Assembly: GCA_054600435.1 (NCBI GenBank)
Contig: BAAIJX010000015.1
Location: forward strand, 124,001 to 188,000
From: Neophaeotheca triangularis
Lineage: Eukaryota
Length of the DNA: 64,000 nucleotides
Direction: 5' to 3'
Shown here: positions 47,034 to 58,669 of the stretch, piece by piece
How positions within the stretch are numbered: the first letter of the stretch is position 1
Layout: every line of letters begins with the position of its first letter
The notes under the pieces: model-generated
Told to the model about the DNA's origin: nothing
Databases searched by the model: none
What the model saw: the letters and a program-made list of their open reading frames with translations, nothing else
Program-made: the position numbers and the translations under genes

Positions 47034-49840
47034 TCATGAAGCTTCCCAGTCAGGGTTCTGTGCTTTTGTGTTAGACTAGTCATCGTTTCCGGGGGAGGAG
47101 ATGGCACGTGGTCACAAACCTTTCTCAAAATGCAGATGCCTTCCATGACATTCGACAGGCACAGCCACTCCTCGTCTTCCAGCTCCGCGCGCTCGCCGTG
47201 TCCGAGCAACACCGGCGTGCTTTGGGTTTGCCAGCCGGTGATGGTCTTGGGTCGTCCAGCTTGCCCGACGACGTCCACTGCTTGACCGACGCGGACATTG
47301 ACTTGCACGGGCTTGAGGTCCTCATCCAGTGTCACCAGGAAACGAGGGTGCATGGCAGTGACGAGGTAGTACAGGAGGTAATGCGAATCGCCGAGCACAA
47401 AGGCCCTGGGGTTGTCGATGAGACTCAGGGTGACAGTGAGCAACCCTGAAGCCGCCACACGGGACATGACCGAGCGATCGGTGTGGAAGGGGCTGAGGCT
47501 CAATGTACCCTTACCCATGTGCAAAAGACCTTGAGCGATGCGGACCATGAATAGAGCGTTAGGGTCGCGGTGGTAGTAGCTCGCCAGTTGCCTGAGCAGC
47601 TGGGCGAGTCGTGCGTTGTTGGTACCTGCACCGAGCATACCCATGGCGAAGATGGCGTTGACGGCGACATCGATGTCGTTGTCGTGAGAGTATCTCGAGA
47701 GCGTGTCGTACACCTTCATCTGTGGGTTAGAGGGGCTGATCAAGCCCATGGCGAGAGGTACGGCTTTGCGAATGTTCGCTTCGCCGTAATGCATGAGATG
47801 ACCGAACTGGCGCAGGACCATCTCTTGCCCTACATCCTCGCCCATGGCTACGACTGCAAGACCGATCGTAGCGTAGGCTTGGACGAGCTGGTCACCCGAC
47901 TTGTCCTTCTTTTCACCTTCCTCCTTCTTGTCCTCCTCAGAGTCATCCTTGTCCTCGATCTGGTCGTTACAGATGTGAAGGAATTGCTGAATCTTGAGCA
48001 CCGCTCCAGTACCGGCCCACGCACAGATCTCAGCTAGCACTGAAGCCGGCTTGGACATGGGGTGGTCGATGGCTTTCAATGTCTCCAGCACAACGTCGAC
48101 CTCCTCTTGCTGACCAAAGTAGAGCAGCGCAAGCCCGAGAGTCATGAAACGCGTCCACTTATCCTTGAGTTGGCTGTTTCGGTCCTCGTCGAGGAAAGTC
48201 TGAATGATGGCCTCGGAGACATCAGATTGAGCGGAGCCGACGAAGATGAAGCCCAGTGAAAGAGCAGCCATTGCCGAGATCTGCATATCATTCGACGTGT
48301 CGCTGACCAGCGGAAGCAGCAAGTCGAGAAGCTCTTCCTTGTTGCTTCCAGCGTAAGCCAACCCAAGACCCATGATTGAGGCAACCTTCACCGAAACGCT
48401 CTTGCCCTCAAAATCACCGAGCAGCGCCATGGCTGGGTCGCCGTCGAGTCTCACGCCGCTGTTGATGATGCCGGTAGCCAAAGCAGCGCCCGCCTTGACT
48501 TGCTCCTCGCTCACGTACGTATATGCATCGATCTTGTCAAGCCCCATTTCTACATCCCACAACATCAACATACCCGCAGAAGCGGCTGTACTGATCATGC
48601 CATCCTCCTTCACCTTCCAGATCCAGCTCTGCTTGACACCACCCTCTACCAGCATCAATTTGTCGGAGCCATACCCAGCGTTGACGAAGGCGTTGACGAA
48701 AGCAGAAGCGAGGTTGTGGCGTGCGGAGTCGGTGTTGGTTAGACCAGCTGTTCGCGAAGATTCGAGGTGTGATTTGTAGATGTCTTCGGGCACTTTCGGG
48801 TCGAGCACGTTGAGCTCTTTGGCAAGCGACTTGAAGTGCTCGGGAAGCTTGGTGTTGTTTAGGCACTCCTGCAGCTCAGTGTCCTCCGCATCTTCACCCT
48901 CCAGCTCAAGACATATCCGTTGCCTTGCCAGAATGAATGCCAGCTGCTTCTTGATCGCCTTGTCTGATGTCGCGGAAAAGTCGGACTTGATGAGCTCCAT
49001 GTCGTTTAGTCTTATGGACAGCGACAATGCTTGTGTGTACTGCTTGTATTCGATGTAGACGTCGTGGGCCGTGCGCACGAAACGGTCGTTGTCCGGGTAG
49101 GTAAGGAGTGGCACCATCGAAACCATGTACAAGCATACCCTTGAATATGTGTTTTCGTCGAGGTGGTCTTTGATGTTCTCGATCATTTCCAGCTCAGAGA
49201 GAATGTCAACCGCGTCTGCTTCGGCATTGTGGCTGAGGAAGAATGGCACAAGAGTGAGAGCCAGTTGTGTAATGTCTTCCGTGTCCTTCTCATCGTCAAG
49301 GCGCTTCTGATACTCCTGTCCGATCTCGAGCGCCAAATGCCGCATGTATTCGTGGCCCCAAGAGCCGAGATCTTCGGAGGGAGCGAGCAGGCGGTATTTG
49401 AGCGTGTCCATGCGCTCCTCGTCAGAATAGGTCATGCCAAGCACAGACATGACATCCGCAAGGCTCTTCTTATCCTCGCCTTCCGGCCACGACTCGTACG
49501 TTTGTGCGAGCTTCTCGTAATGGGGTCGGAGGAACTTGAGCGGCTTGGGCACAGCCGTCATAGAAGATGTGGAGGTCTTGATGCTGGTCTTGATCGATTC
49601 AAGGGCCGACTTGTAGAGCGACTTGTCTGACTCTGTCAACCTCTCGACGAGCATATCCAACTCATCCTTGAGCTTCTGATCCTCCTCGTTCAACTCTTCC
49701 TTCTCCAGGTCGAGGTCGCCGTCCTTTGTGAACTTGCCACCGGCCTTTGCGCCATCTTGCCCATCAGCCTGCTTGGCATCATCGGCCTTTCCCTTGCCCT
49801 TGTCCTGCGCAACAGGCTTCTTCTCGTCCTCCTGGGCCAT
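47034..49840 (-). CDS. RPN1: 26S proteasome regulatory subunit Rpn1 (PSMD2); intron 47119-47058
   Basis: STSSMTAVPKPLKFLRPHY, WGHEYMRHL, PC repeats, VRVGQAVDVVGQAGRPKTITGWQT; spliced end ILRK|NPDWEAS*. Confidence 0.97.
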
Positions 49841-50272
49841 CTCGCCTCTTCAACCGATGATAGCTGGCGTGTATTGTTTGCCGACTGCCCGTTTGCCCTC
49901 GACGGTCGTTTCGAGAGGGTGAAACAGGATTAGATTGGATGGAGGCAGAGAAGTGTCGGGTGTGAGGAGATGTAGTGAGAGTCGGTGTTGGAGATGGAGG
50001 GAATGCAAGTGTAGTGTAAGGGAGTAAGGTGTAGGTGAGGTTTCACGGGCAGCTGTCTACGTAGAGTCGCGTATGTACTTTCATCACTTGGAGCTATCGC
50101 CGCCTGAGCTGGTACCGGAGTTATACCGAAGATGGCTTAGTCACAGCCCTATCATGGTCGACTTCAAGCCAAAGTTCGCAAAATACCTTATGTCCTGCTC
50201 GTCGGAAGCGTCTTTCGAACACCAAGATCACCTTCGCAAACCGACTTGTAGCGACTTTCTAGTATCGGCAGC

Positions 50273-51803
50273 ATGAAGCTGAATACAAAAGCTATCCGTT
50301 ACCTTACTTCAGAGGATTGGCGAGTCCTCGCGGCTGTGAGTCTAGCCCCGACATATAAATTGCTCTTTTTTCCGTCGCAACCGTATGAGGCTGACCTAGC
50401 TAACAGTTGGGTGCAGGTTGAACAAGGCAGCAAGAACCACGAACTCGTCCCGACGCCCCTCATTCAACAATTATGCGGACTCCGTGGAGGGAGCGGTGTT
50501 CACAAGTGCATATCTAACTTGGCGAAGGTTGGCTTGATTGCAAAAGTCAAGAACGCCAAATGTGAGTTTGCTGTCTATCGCAGGGGACGATAAGATGTGG
50601 ATACCTAATATTCGAGCAGATGACGGCTACCGCCTCACATATGGTGGCCTCGATTACCTGGCGCTGAATGCGCATCGTCGAAGCAACACAATCTACAGTC
50701 TCGGGAACCAAATTGGCGTTGGGAAGGAGTCCGACATCTACGTGACGGCATCTCCTACGGGTCGGCAGCAAGTGCTGAAACTCCACCGCCTGGGTCGTAT
50801 ATCCTTTCGAACCGTCAAAGCCAATCGGGATTATCTTCGCAACCGCAGCACGGGGTCGTGGATGTACTTGAGTCGCTTGGCCGCACAGAAAGAGTATGCT
50901 TTTATGCAGGTACTTCACAGGGAGGGTTTCCCGGTGCCGGAGCCGATCAGCTGGAGCAAACACACAGTCGTCATGGAGTTTATCGATGCCTTCCCTCTAA
51001 GGATGATCGAGAGCGTTCCTGATCCAGGGAAGCTTTACGCGGAACTTATGGACATGATTGTGCAGCTTGCGCAAAGGGGACTGATACACGGCGACTTCAA
51101 CGAATTCAATCTGTTGATCAAGGAGGAGAAGGTCGGCGACGCACCGGCCAAGCAGCAGTCTGAAGCTACACCGACGGACTTCTTTGATCGCATACATGAA
51201 GGTGAGGACGGCCAGAAACTCAGCCTCACACCAATCTTGATCGATTTCCCTCAAACTTTAAGCACGAACCACACCAATGCGGAATTCTACTTCGATAGAG
51301 ATGTTGCATGCGTTAAGCGATTCTTTGAGCGAAGGTTCAAATACACATCGGATGAGCCCGGACCTTTCTTCGTCGATGCGGTCAAGCCTGTCAAAGGGAG
51401 TTCGCAACTCAGCAGGTTGGACGTAGAAGTAGAGGCAACGGGCTTCTCCAGGAAGATGGCCAAAGAACTCGATCGCTACACAGAGGCCACTGGTGGTGAT
51501 CAAGCAGAAACAGAAGCCAACGCAGATCAGGCTGATGGCAACGATGAGCATGATGAGGCCGATGGCGATGTTACAGTCGATGAAGCAGAAGGTCAGGAGA
51601 TTGACGGATTACCATCAGACCCCCAGGTGGATGACCCGAAGTTGACAGAGGAGCTTGGCTCGCTGAGTGTCGAAGACGACCTGTCTTTAAAACCTATTGA
51701 TGGTAAAGACTTTGGTCTAGAGCCGCTTGATTTACCCCAGGAGCCCGATGTGGTGGCGGAGAAGGTGAAGACGAAGAAGAAGGCTGCAGGATGGGCAATA
51801 TGA
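50273..51803 (+). CDS. RIO2: Atypical kinase Rio2 (40S maturation); introns 50336-50416, 50562-50619
   Basis: GSKNHELVP, YDGYRLTYGGLDYLAL, IGVGKESDIY, HRLGRISFR, IHGDFNEFN, IDFPQ. Confidence 0.96.
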
Positions 51804-52224
51804 GCAAACAAGCGGGTGACGGCAGCCATTCCTACACGATGTAAACGTTTGATACCCACCCAATACTGCTTTTCAATTCCTTTTTGAGCCTGAGGCTGAA
51901 AGTTGGCCAAAATAAGGGGCACGTCAGAGATGGCTTGGCAATCACCTTCGTTCCTTCCTGTTTACGCTTCAGTTTCGTGCACCTTCAACCTCACTCACCA
52001 CGACACTCCTCCCGTGTGAGGTACTCAGCAAGAGGACCGAAAGCCTCTGAACCATCTTCACTACTTTGCAACGCCTGCACAACGCCTGGGAACCACTTCA
52101 TCGAGGCTTCCGAGGTCTTAGACAATACGCTACGCTACCTCACTGTCTCACTTCAGGCACTAGCCGAACATTAGGGAACTGCACATATTCTCTGACTATT
52201 GCTGCCCTCTCGACTCCCAGGATC

Positions 52225-53740
52225 ATGGACCAAGAGCAACAGCAATCTGTCTCGGGGCCGACTTTACTCACCAGCACATCAGCTGGCTCGAACGCAGAAA
52301 AGGTCCTTCCTGTCTCGGAGTCTGCTATCAAGTGAGTGAATTGACCTCGATCAACTTCAAACTTCAAACTTCAATTTCCGCTCCCGTTCAAGCTCTTTGT
52401 CGGGCATGTGTTGGACCACGACAGTGCTGACAGGGGGAGAAGCAACATGAATGAGCAAAGCAGCGTCTCAGCGCTCATGCGTGAGCTGAAAATGGACACT
52501 ACCAAGGCACTTCTCCCTACCTTCACTTCGCTTGTACGTTCAACCAACTAACTTCTGAAAGCTTGATGAAGCCAATACGTCGCCCACGCTCACGGCCGCA
52601 ATAATCTCGACAAACAGTCCTGACGACATAACTTTATCTGCTTCAAGCCAGGCCACCAAAACTATTCATCCTTTCGACGGCGTTGCTCTGCAGGTACTCG
52701 ATCGCGGTCGCCTCTATGGCAAGGGCCTTTTTGCTGCAACTCACATCAGTGCTGGAGCCCTCGTCCTAGAAGAAAAGCCTCTCATGGTCGTATCAGAAAA
52801 CAGCAAAATCCTTGCCGTCAATGAATACCAGACCTTGTCCGTTGAGGAGAAGCAGAAGTACAATGGATTGTCTCGCACTTCAGGAGACGGTTCGTTTCAC
52901 AACGAAGCCCGCCTAGGTCTGGAGCCGGAGATTTACGACCTCGGAGACGATGAGCTTGATGCAGCAGTCGACGAGGCAGTTCGTATCATGGAGATCTTTG
53001 CTACCAACAACTTCGAGCTCGGCGAGCAATACGGTCTCTTCGACGTCATCTCCCGCATCAACCATGGCTGCGTCCCGAATGTCAGGACGTGGTGGGATGA
53101 GACATTGGGAAAGCACACCGTCCGCGCCACCAAGGCCATCCACGCCGGCGACGAGCTCCGCTTCTGTTACCTTGGTTCCCTCGCGACCTACATGACCACA
53201 GAAGAGCGAAAAGCCGAGCTGCTAGAGAAATTTCGTTTCCACTGCGATTGCTCTCTCTGTCACGCCGACGAAACCACCATTGCCGAATCGGACGAACGAC
53301 GCAAGACTCTCAAAACCCTTACCAACGACATCAGCAACTACATCAACAGTGTCTCGCAAGGTTCCGGTGATTCAAACCCCGATCGAGCGGCTTTCCAAAG
53401 CGCCAGGGAAGCGGCTTGCCTGATGCTGCAAGAGGAGTTGACCGGTCATGAGTTGGTCATTGTTTTGCAAGTGGCCACAGAGACTGCTTTCGACACCGGG
53501 AGCCTTCTCACCGCCGATTATTTCGCCGACAAGTGCGCAAAGATTGCAAAGGTCTACCACGGGCCTTTTTCTCCCGAGGCAAAAAGAGCGGATGAGTTTA
53601 TTCGGATGAATAACGCGTTCATGGCCAATGTGTGGAAGGGCATGACCGTAGCGGAGCGAGGGGAGTGGGAGAACAAGAAGGAGAAGCAGAACAAAGGGAA
53701 GACTCTACTGGAACGAAAATTGGCCCAACTCGGGTTATAG
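52225..53740 (+). CDS. SET-domain lysine methyltransferase (SMYD/Set5-like); predicted introns 52332-52442 and 52507-52561
   Basis: GKGLFAATHISAGALVLEEKPL, SRINHGCVPNV, GDELRFCY, FRFHCDCSLC post-SET. The 5' exons are inferred from splice signals and phase. Confidence 0.85.
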
Positions 53741-54411
53741 ACTGGGTCTGGCAGTGTGTACCAGTGCAAAGCGGTGGAAGACAGCCCCTTACGCCGGACT
53801 TTGCCTGATGGAGGATGCGGAAAAGAGAGATATCTAAGCCATTCCTAGCTAGTACAGACTGGCAGACCGTCTTAAGAACACGTCGCTTGACGGTTGAGCG
53901 AAAATGAAGAGCTTGTTGTCATTTTCGCACACCAGGCATTCCATTCTTCAATGTTTCATGGGTAAGAATGACTTGAGTAGGACACAGTCAGGACATTGAT
54001 AGGAACATTTTCACGTCTTAATCAAAATTTCATGGATCTGGCGATGCTGGCACAAGCTCGATCTGAACGAACGGTCCGCTGGAGCCCGTCCGCCGCTAAA
54101 CCTGGAGTTCACCACCTGCACGCGATGACGCTACGATCAATGCCGTCATCAGCAATTGTCGACATCGAATACAATGGAAGGTAAGGTAAGGTACCTTAGG
54201 TTACCCATAAACTCTACCTACCCTGGCAACCATTCCTCCCATTGCCTAGATTTGCAAATTCCTCTTCTTTGCTCACGAGCTTCATAGACACTCGACTCCG
54301 CTCACCTTCACCGCGAGCATCAGCTTCCAACCCACCTGCATCATCCCCGCCAACATAGCGTCCAGAGCAACCCCACGCCTCTCCGCTCTTTCGCGGACAT
54401 TTCAACGCACC

Positions 54412-55322
54412 ATGGCTTCAACATCAGACTCGCAGACCCCGCAAGTCGCACCATGGAAATCGCAATTCCTCAAGCACCTCCAGTCAATGGACAGCCCGGA
54501 GTTTGTCTTCAGCAGCCTGCACGCAGCGCCCACCAAAGACAGCCCCACACCCTACGTGCCGCGAGCCCGCTACTGCATCTTCCGCGGTTTCTGGGCCGAG
54601 CTGCCGGAGAACAAGCACAACGATGCGCCCAAGAATGAGCGCAATTTCGAGAGCGAGATGCCGACGTTTACGTCGGATGTCAGGATGCAGAAGGTCGGCG
54701 AGCTGTTTGGGAGCTCGGCCGGGCATGCGGATGATAAGAGTCAGGTGCAGGGGTCTGGGGGCGGAGGGCCTTGCGAGGCGGTTTGGTGGATCAAGGGCGA
54801 TACCATGGTGCAGTGGCGGATGAAGGGCGAGGCTTTCATCGTCGGGCCCGACATTGAGGGCGAGGGTGATCAGACCAAGGAGAGTAGTGGAGTGAGGACT
54901 ACGAAGAGTGAGTTGGGGAAGAGGATGAGGGTTGTCAAGGAGGAGGGTAAGGAGGATTGGAGCTGGAAACGAGAGCTTACTGGGCATTTTGGCAACAACT
55001 CACCGGGGTTGAGAGGTGAGATTGCTTGCTGATCGGTGTGATGTATGATTTGAGGGTGTGTACTAACAAGCTTGCAGGTAGTTTCAAAGCACCGCCGCCC
55101 GGTCAACGGGTCGACCAACCCTACGATGATAAGAATCTGCAGCTGGGTCAGAAGGTCACGGATCTTGAGGACCCAGTGGCGCGCAAGAACTTTCGCGTGG
55201 TAGTCATTAGGCCCGAGGAGATGGAGTCGGTCGATTTGAGCGATCCAGCAACGGCCCGCCGTCATGTTTATAAGTACGATGCTCAAACGAGCAGCTGGTC
55301 GCACGAAGAGTGCTGGCCATGA
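54412..55322 (+). CDS. Pyridoxamine 5'-phosphate oxidase-like FMN-binding protein; intron 55016-55077
   Basis: APWK, PRARYCIFRGF, FTSDVRMQKV, EAVWW...QWRMKG, LRG|SFKAPPPG, ARKNFRVVVIRP, W...ECWP end. Confidence 0.85.
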
Positions 55323-57056
55323 GGTTGTAACAATACGAGTCCGTAGTCTCCATAGTGGACGCAAACGTAAAGGGCTGGAGGCTTACACATCCCCATTGGG
55401 CAATTGCAAGCAATATCATCAATGTCACACATGACGAGAGTCAGAATTGCAAGCCAAGGCGCGCACAACCTGGTCAGTGGTCAGCCTCGGATGTCCACGC
55501 TTGATCTTGAAAATGCCTGGCTCAGCTCCAGATCTAAAAGGTTGCACAGAGATCCAAAGTGAGCGTGTGTGCTGGCGGGTAGGTGCAGCTATATGTTGAC
55601 AGGCTGTCGGTTCCGATTGCTTGTAAGAGCGGACCAGTGGATCAAGTAAAGCTACAGCAGCTTTTATTCTACGGTTCGTCGTCTGACGAGTCGCTGTATT
55701 CTACGCCGAGAAGGCTCGAAGGCTCGACAAGCGGTCAACGAACTGCCGAAGAGATGGTCAGGAACTACGGTAACGTAAGAACGCCCGAATCATAGCACCC
55801 GAGAAAGTCGTTTTCTCAACTCGCCAGCGGCCGTACATGCAGGCATATTTGGCATCATGGATGTTACTCTCAAACAGGCTAAGCCAGATCGGACGGCCAA
55901 CGCATTCGTCCAGTTGCAGCACATCGTCTGCAGCCTTCTCGTGCTTTTCCCCGGGGGTGAGTGGGCGCCATCACCCATCTGTCACAGATTGCTACGATTT
56001 CGCAGAACATTTCTCGACATGTGTTTCGTAAGGATTCATGGATTGGCCTGGACGTGATCCATGCTAGAGGAAGTGAGAGGCGCCCGAGGATCCAAGACGT
56101 GTTGCAAACCAACCGAGGCCCCTTTACCATCCTTGGTACTGGGTTTGTTCGCGCCTTGCTCGTTCCGAGAATGCTACCGGCGGACGCCGATGTGAGAAGT
56201 GGTCTGTCTATTCGCCACGATAGTGCCTCTATGTGAAGCAGTGAAGGAAGGAAGAGCGCCGCGAGGGGAGTAAGGTAATGCGTGGACATGGATGTAATAG
56301 AGAATTGGAAGGGTTCGAGTTCGAGTTTGGGATGGCCGCAGGTGAAGAAGATACTTAAGTGTTGGCGGCCGGGGAGCGACCGGAAGCCTACTTACATTAC
56401 CGTAATCAACATTAACCCACGTAAAGTAAGACAAGACAACTTCTAATCTTCATATGGACTTGTTCGGTTAGGGGACGCTGTTATAGGCTGTGTACTACCA
56501 CTACCTTTGCTTCGGATTACCCAAGACTTGCCATTTTATTATCATCATTAGTTAGCTTATGGTTGTAAGTATCGTTATCAAGCTACCTACATAAGTTACT
56601 AGGTACCTACCTACCTAGTACCCTTGTCGCCGGTGCTGTAGAGAGAAAAGGGCTCGGGACCGTACTAGACCACTACATAGGTACCTACCTAGGGTAAGTA
56701 CTACTAGTAAGGTAATAATAAGTAGATTCATCATCAAAGCAGCCAAGCAAAGCAGCTGCATCTCTCCGCTCCAACCCACACACGCACACACCTCCACCTC
56801 CATCCTTCCACACTTGTTGCCTCTTTGCTCCCCACCCTCACTACTGCTCTCTCTCTCTCCTTGCGCCTGACGCCCAGCTGTCTACGAAACTCCCGTTCCC
56901 GCACCTATTCTTGCACTCGTCCTCGACAACATTCGCCTTCTAATACTACTACCGTTACCTTACTAGTACCTGACATTCGAGCTGACCCAGCCGCTCTTAT
57001 CGTCCGCCGGGGTATGATTGGCTCGTCGCCAACCTGCTGTGCCGCATGAGCTTGTA

Positions 57057-58151
57057 ATGGCAGACGACGACGACACCGTTTCCTGCTTCAAGCAGCTACT
57101 CGAAAACATTCCCGGCTGGATCACAGAACTGGAAAGCATATTGGAAGGTGTCACGCAACGCCAGAATGACTACCTCCTCGCCTACCAAGGCGATGAGCCG
57201 CCAAAGTTCGCTTCCAGGAAGCCCTCCAAGTCCTCCTCGGTCAAGTCGGCACATTCGAGCGACGATGCGAAACAAGGCACGCCTGAAGTACCTGATCCAA
57301 CCAAGAGCCAAGCTGCATTGCTGGAGCCGCAGTTGCAGCACCTGACGTCTTCGGATGTTTTGCGACTGGCTCAAAGGAAGCGAAAGACTGCCTCGGTCTG
57401 CTCAGCGGGACAGTCTGCGCCTTCGAAGTTCCGCTCTCGCAGTATGGTTGTTGTCTATTACGATGGTGGAGTACAGAAGCAGTTTGAGACGTTGGTGAGA
57501 GGGATTGGCACTTGCAGGAACGCTCTGCGGAAGGGCAAAATGAACGCCAGGCTCAACGCGATTTCGCGCCGCGGCTCCTCTAGTAGCGAGAGCAGCGAGA
57601 CAACCGATTGCGAGCATGACGAGCAATTTGGACGGGAGAAGCTGCCTTACAAGAGTACCCGCCAATCAGAAACCCCAGGAGGCATGTTTAGTAGTCAAGA
57701 GGCTGTCAAGCCGTTCGACCGCGTTGACGACACACTCGAGAAGTCGCAAGCGCTGTGTGAGCGGGCTGCACACCAAGTCCTTCGCGATGGTGACTGTGCG
57801 TTTGAGATCAAAGGGGCCAAGGCACAGCTCGTCGAGGCTGAGCGCGCGACCAACGAAGAGTTACCGGCAATCGAGGAGAAAGCTGCCAAAGAAGCCGGGC
57901 GACGAAGACGAAGCGAAGAGCGGCATCGACAAGAAGAGGCGAGAAAGGCAAAGGAACGCGATGCCAAGAAGTCAAGCGGCGGCCAGGTCAACAACGCGGT
58001 CGTGACAACCTTTGCGAATGTACCGAACGATGGACACTTGGAGATTGACGACGACGACGATTCGGACGATGGCGACGGCGAGTTCAACATCGAGACACTG
58101 AAGATGGGAAGATTTCACGGCCTGCGGAGTACCAGGCTCACTGCACATTAA
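57057..58151 (+). CDS. Hypothetical protein
   Basis: Open frame of about 364 codons with globular-looking blocks (KFRSRSMVVVYYDGGVQKQFETLVRGIG; LCERAAHQVLRDGDC) and a charged tail. Start uncertain. Confidence 0.75.
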   Translation: MADDDDTVSCFKQLLENIPGWITELESILEGVTQRQNDYLLAYQGDEPPKFASRKPSKSSSVKSAHSSDDAKQGTPEVPDPTKSQAALLEPQLQHLTSSDVLRLAQRKRKTASVCSAGQSAPSKFRSRSMVVVYYDGGVQKQFETLVRGIGTCRNALRKGKMNARLNAISRRGSSSSESSETTDCEHDEQFGREKLPYKSTRQSETPGGMFSSQEAVKPFDRVDDTLEKSQALCERAAHQVLRDGDCAFEIKGAKAQLVEAERATNEELPAIEEKAAKEAGRRRRSEERHRQEEARKAKERDAKKSSGGQVNNAVVTTFANVPNDGHLEIDDDDDSDDGDGEFNIETLKMGRFHGLRSTRLTAH

Positions 58152-58669
58152 AGGCGATCAATTGTTTGAAAGCGTCGATATATTTGGCTGCTTTTTAGCA
58201 TATCTCGTTCGAGCGACTGGGATGGGCATTGGAGTTTGGGCTGATTTCTCTTATCATGGTCAGCGATGGTGCTTTGGGTAAGGGTTTTTATCTACTGACT
58301 CGCTTGAGGTACTTGGTTTTCAAAGATAACGCAGGGTGTAGCAGAGCACTTTCCTCTGGTATGAACCCGTCCTTCCATCATGCTGTCTGTCATTCGAGCC
58401 TCCCGATCTGCAAGCGTAAGTCGTTCCTTCCCTTCCTTTGCTTCAGCTCTTCGACGTCCCAATCGGGGAGACATGTGACCTCGCGCGTACTTAGTTCACG
58501 CGTTTGGCTGCCTTCCAGCCTGCACCTTCTTGAGGTAATGCCCACAGGATCCATGCATGGCAGCTGGAATCATACTACGCATCGCACAACACCCCTTACC
58601 CCTACCCAGACCCAGACCCATACAGCACTTGGTATTCTCGATTCAACCTCGACATTGCGCAATTCCACT

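Noticed and set aside
46991..47119. ORF-track C-terminus of RPN1 (VCDHVPSPPP...)
   Set aside because: Read-through of a final intron; the spliced end NPDWEAS* is more plausible.
52353..52373. (AACTTCA)3 repeat in SET intron 1
   Set aside because: Simple repeat with no spacers; not CRISPR-like.
55500..56450. Several 60-136 aa ORFs and a GGTTCGAG tRNA-like motif in intergenic DNA
   Set aside because: No coherent gene model, no recognisable domain and no cloverleaf.
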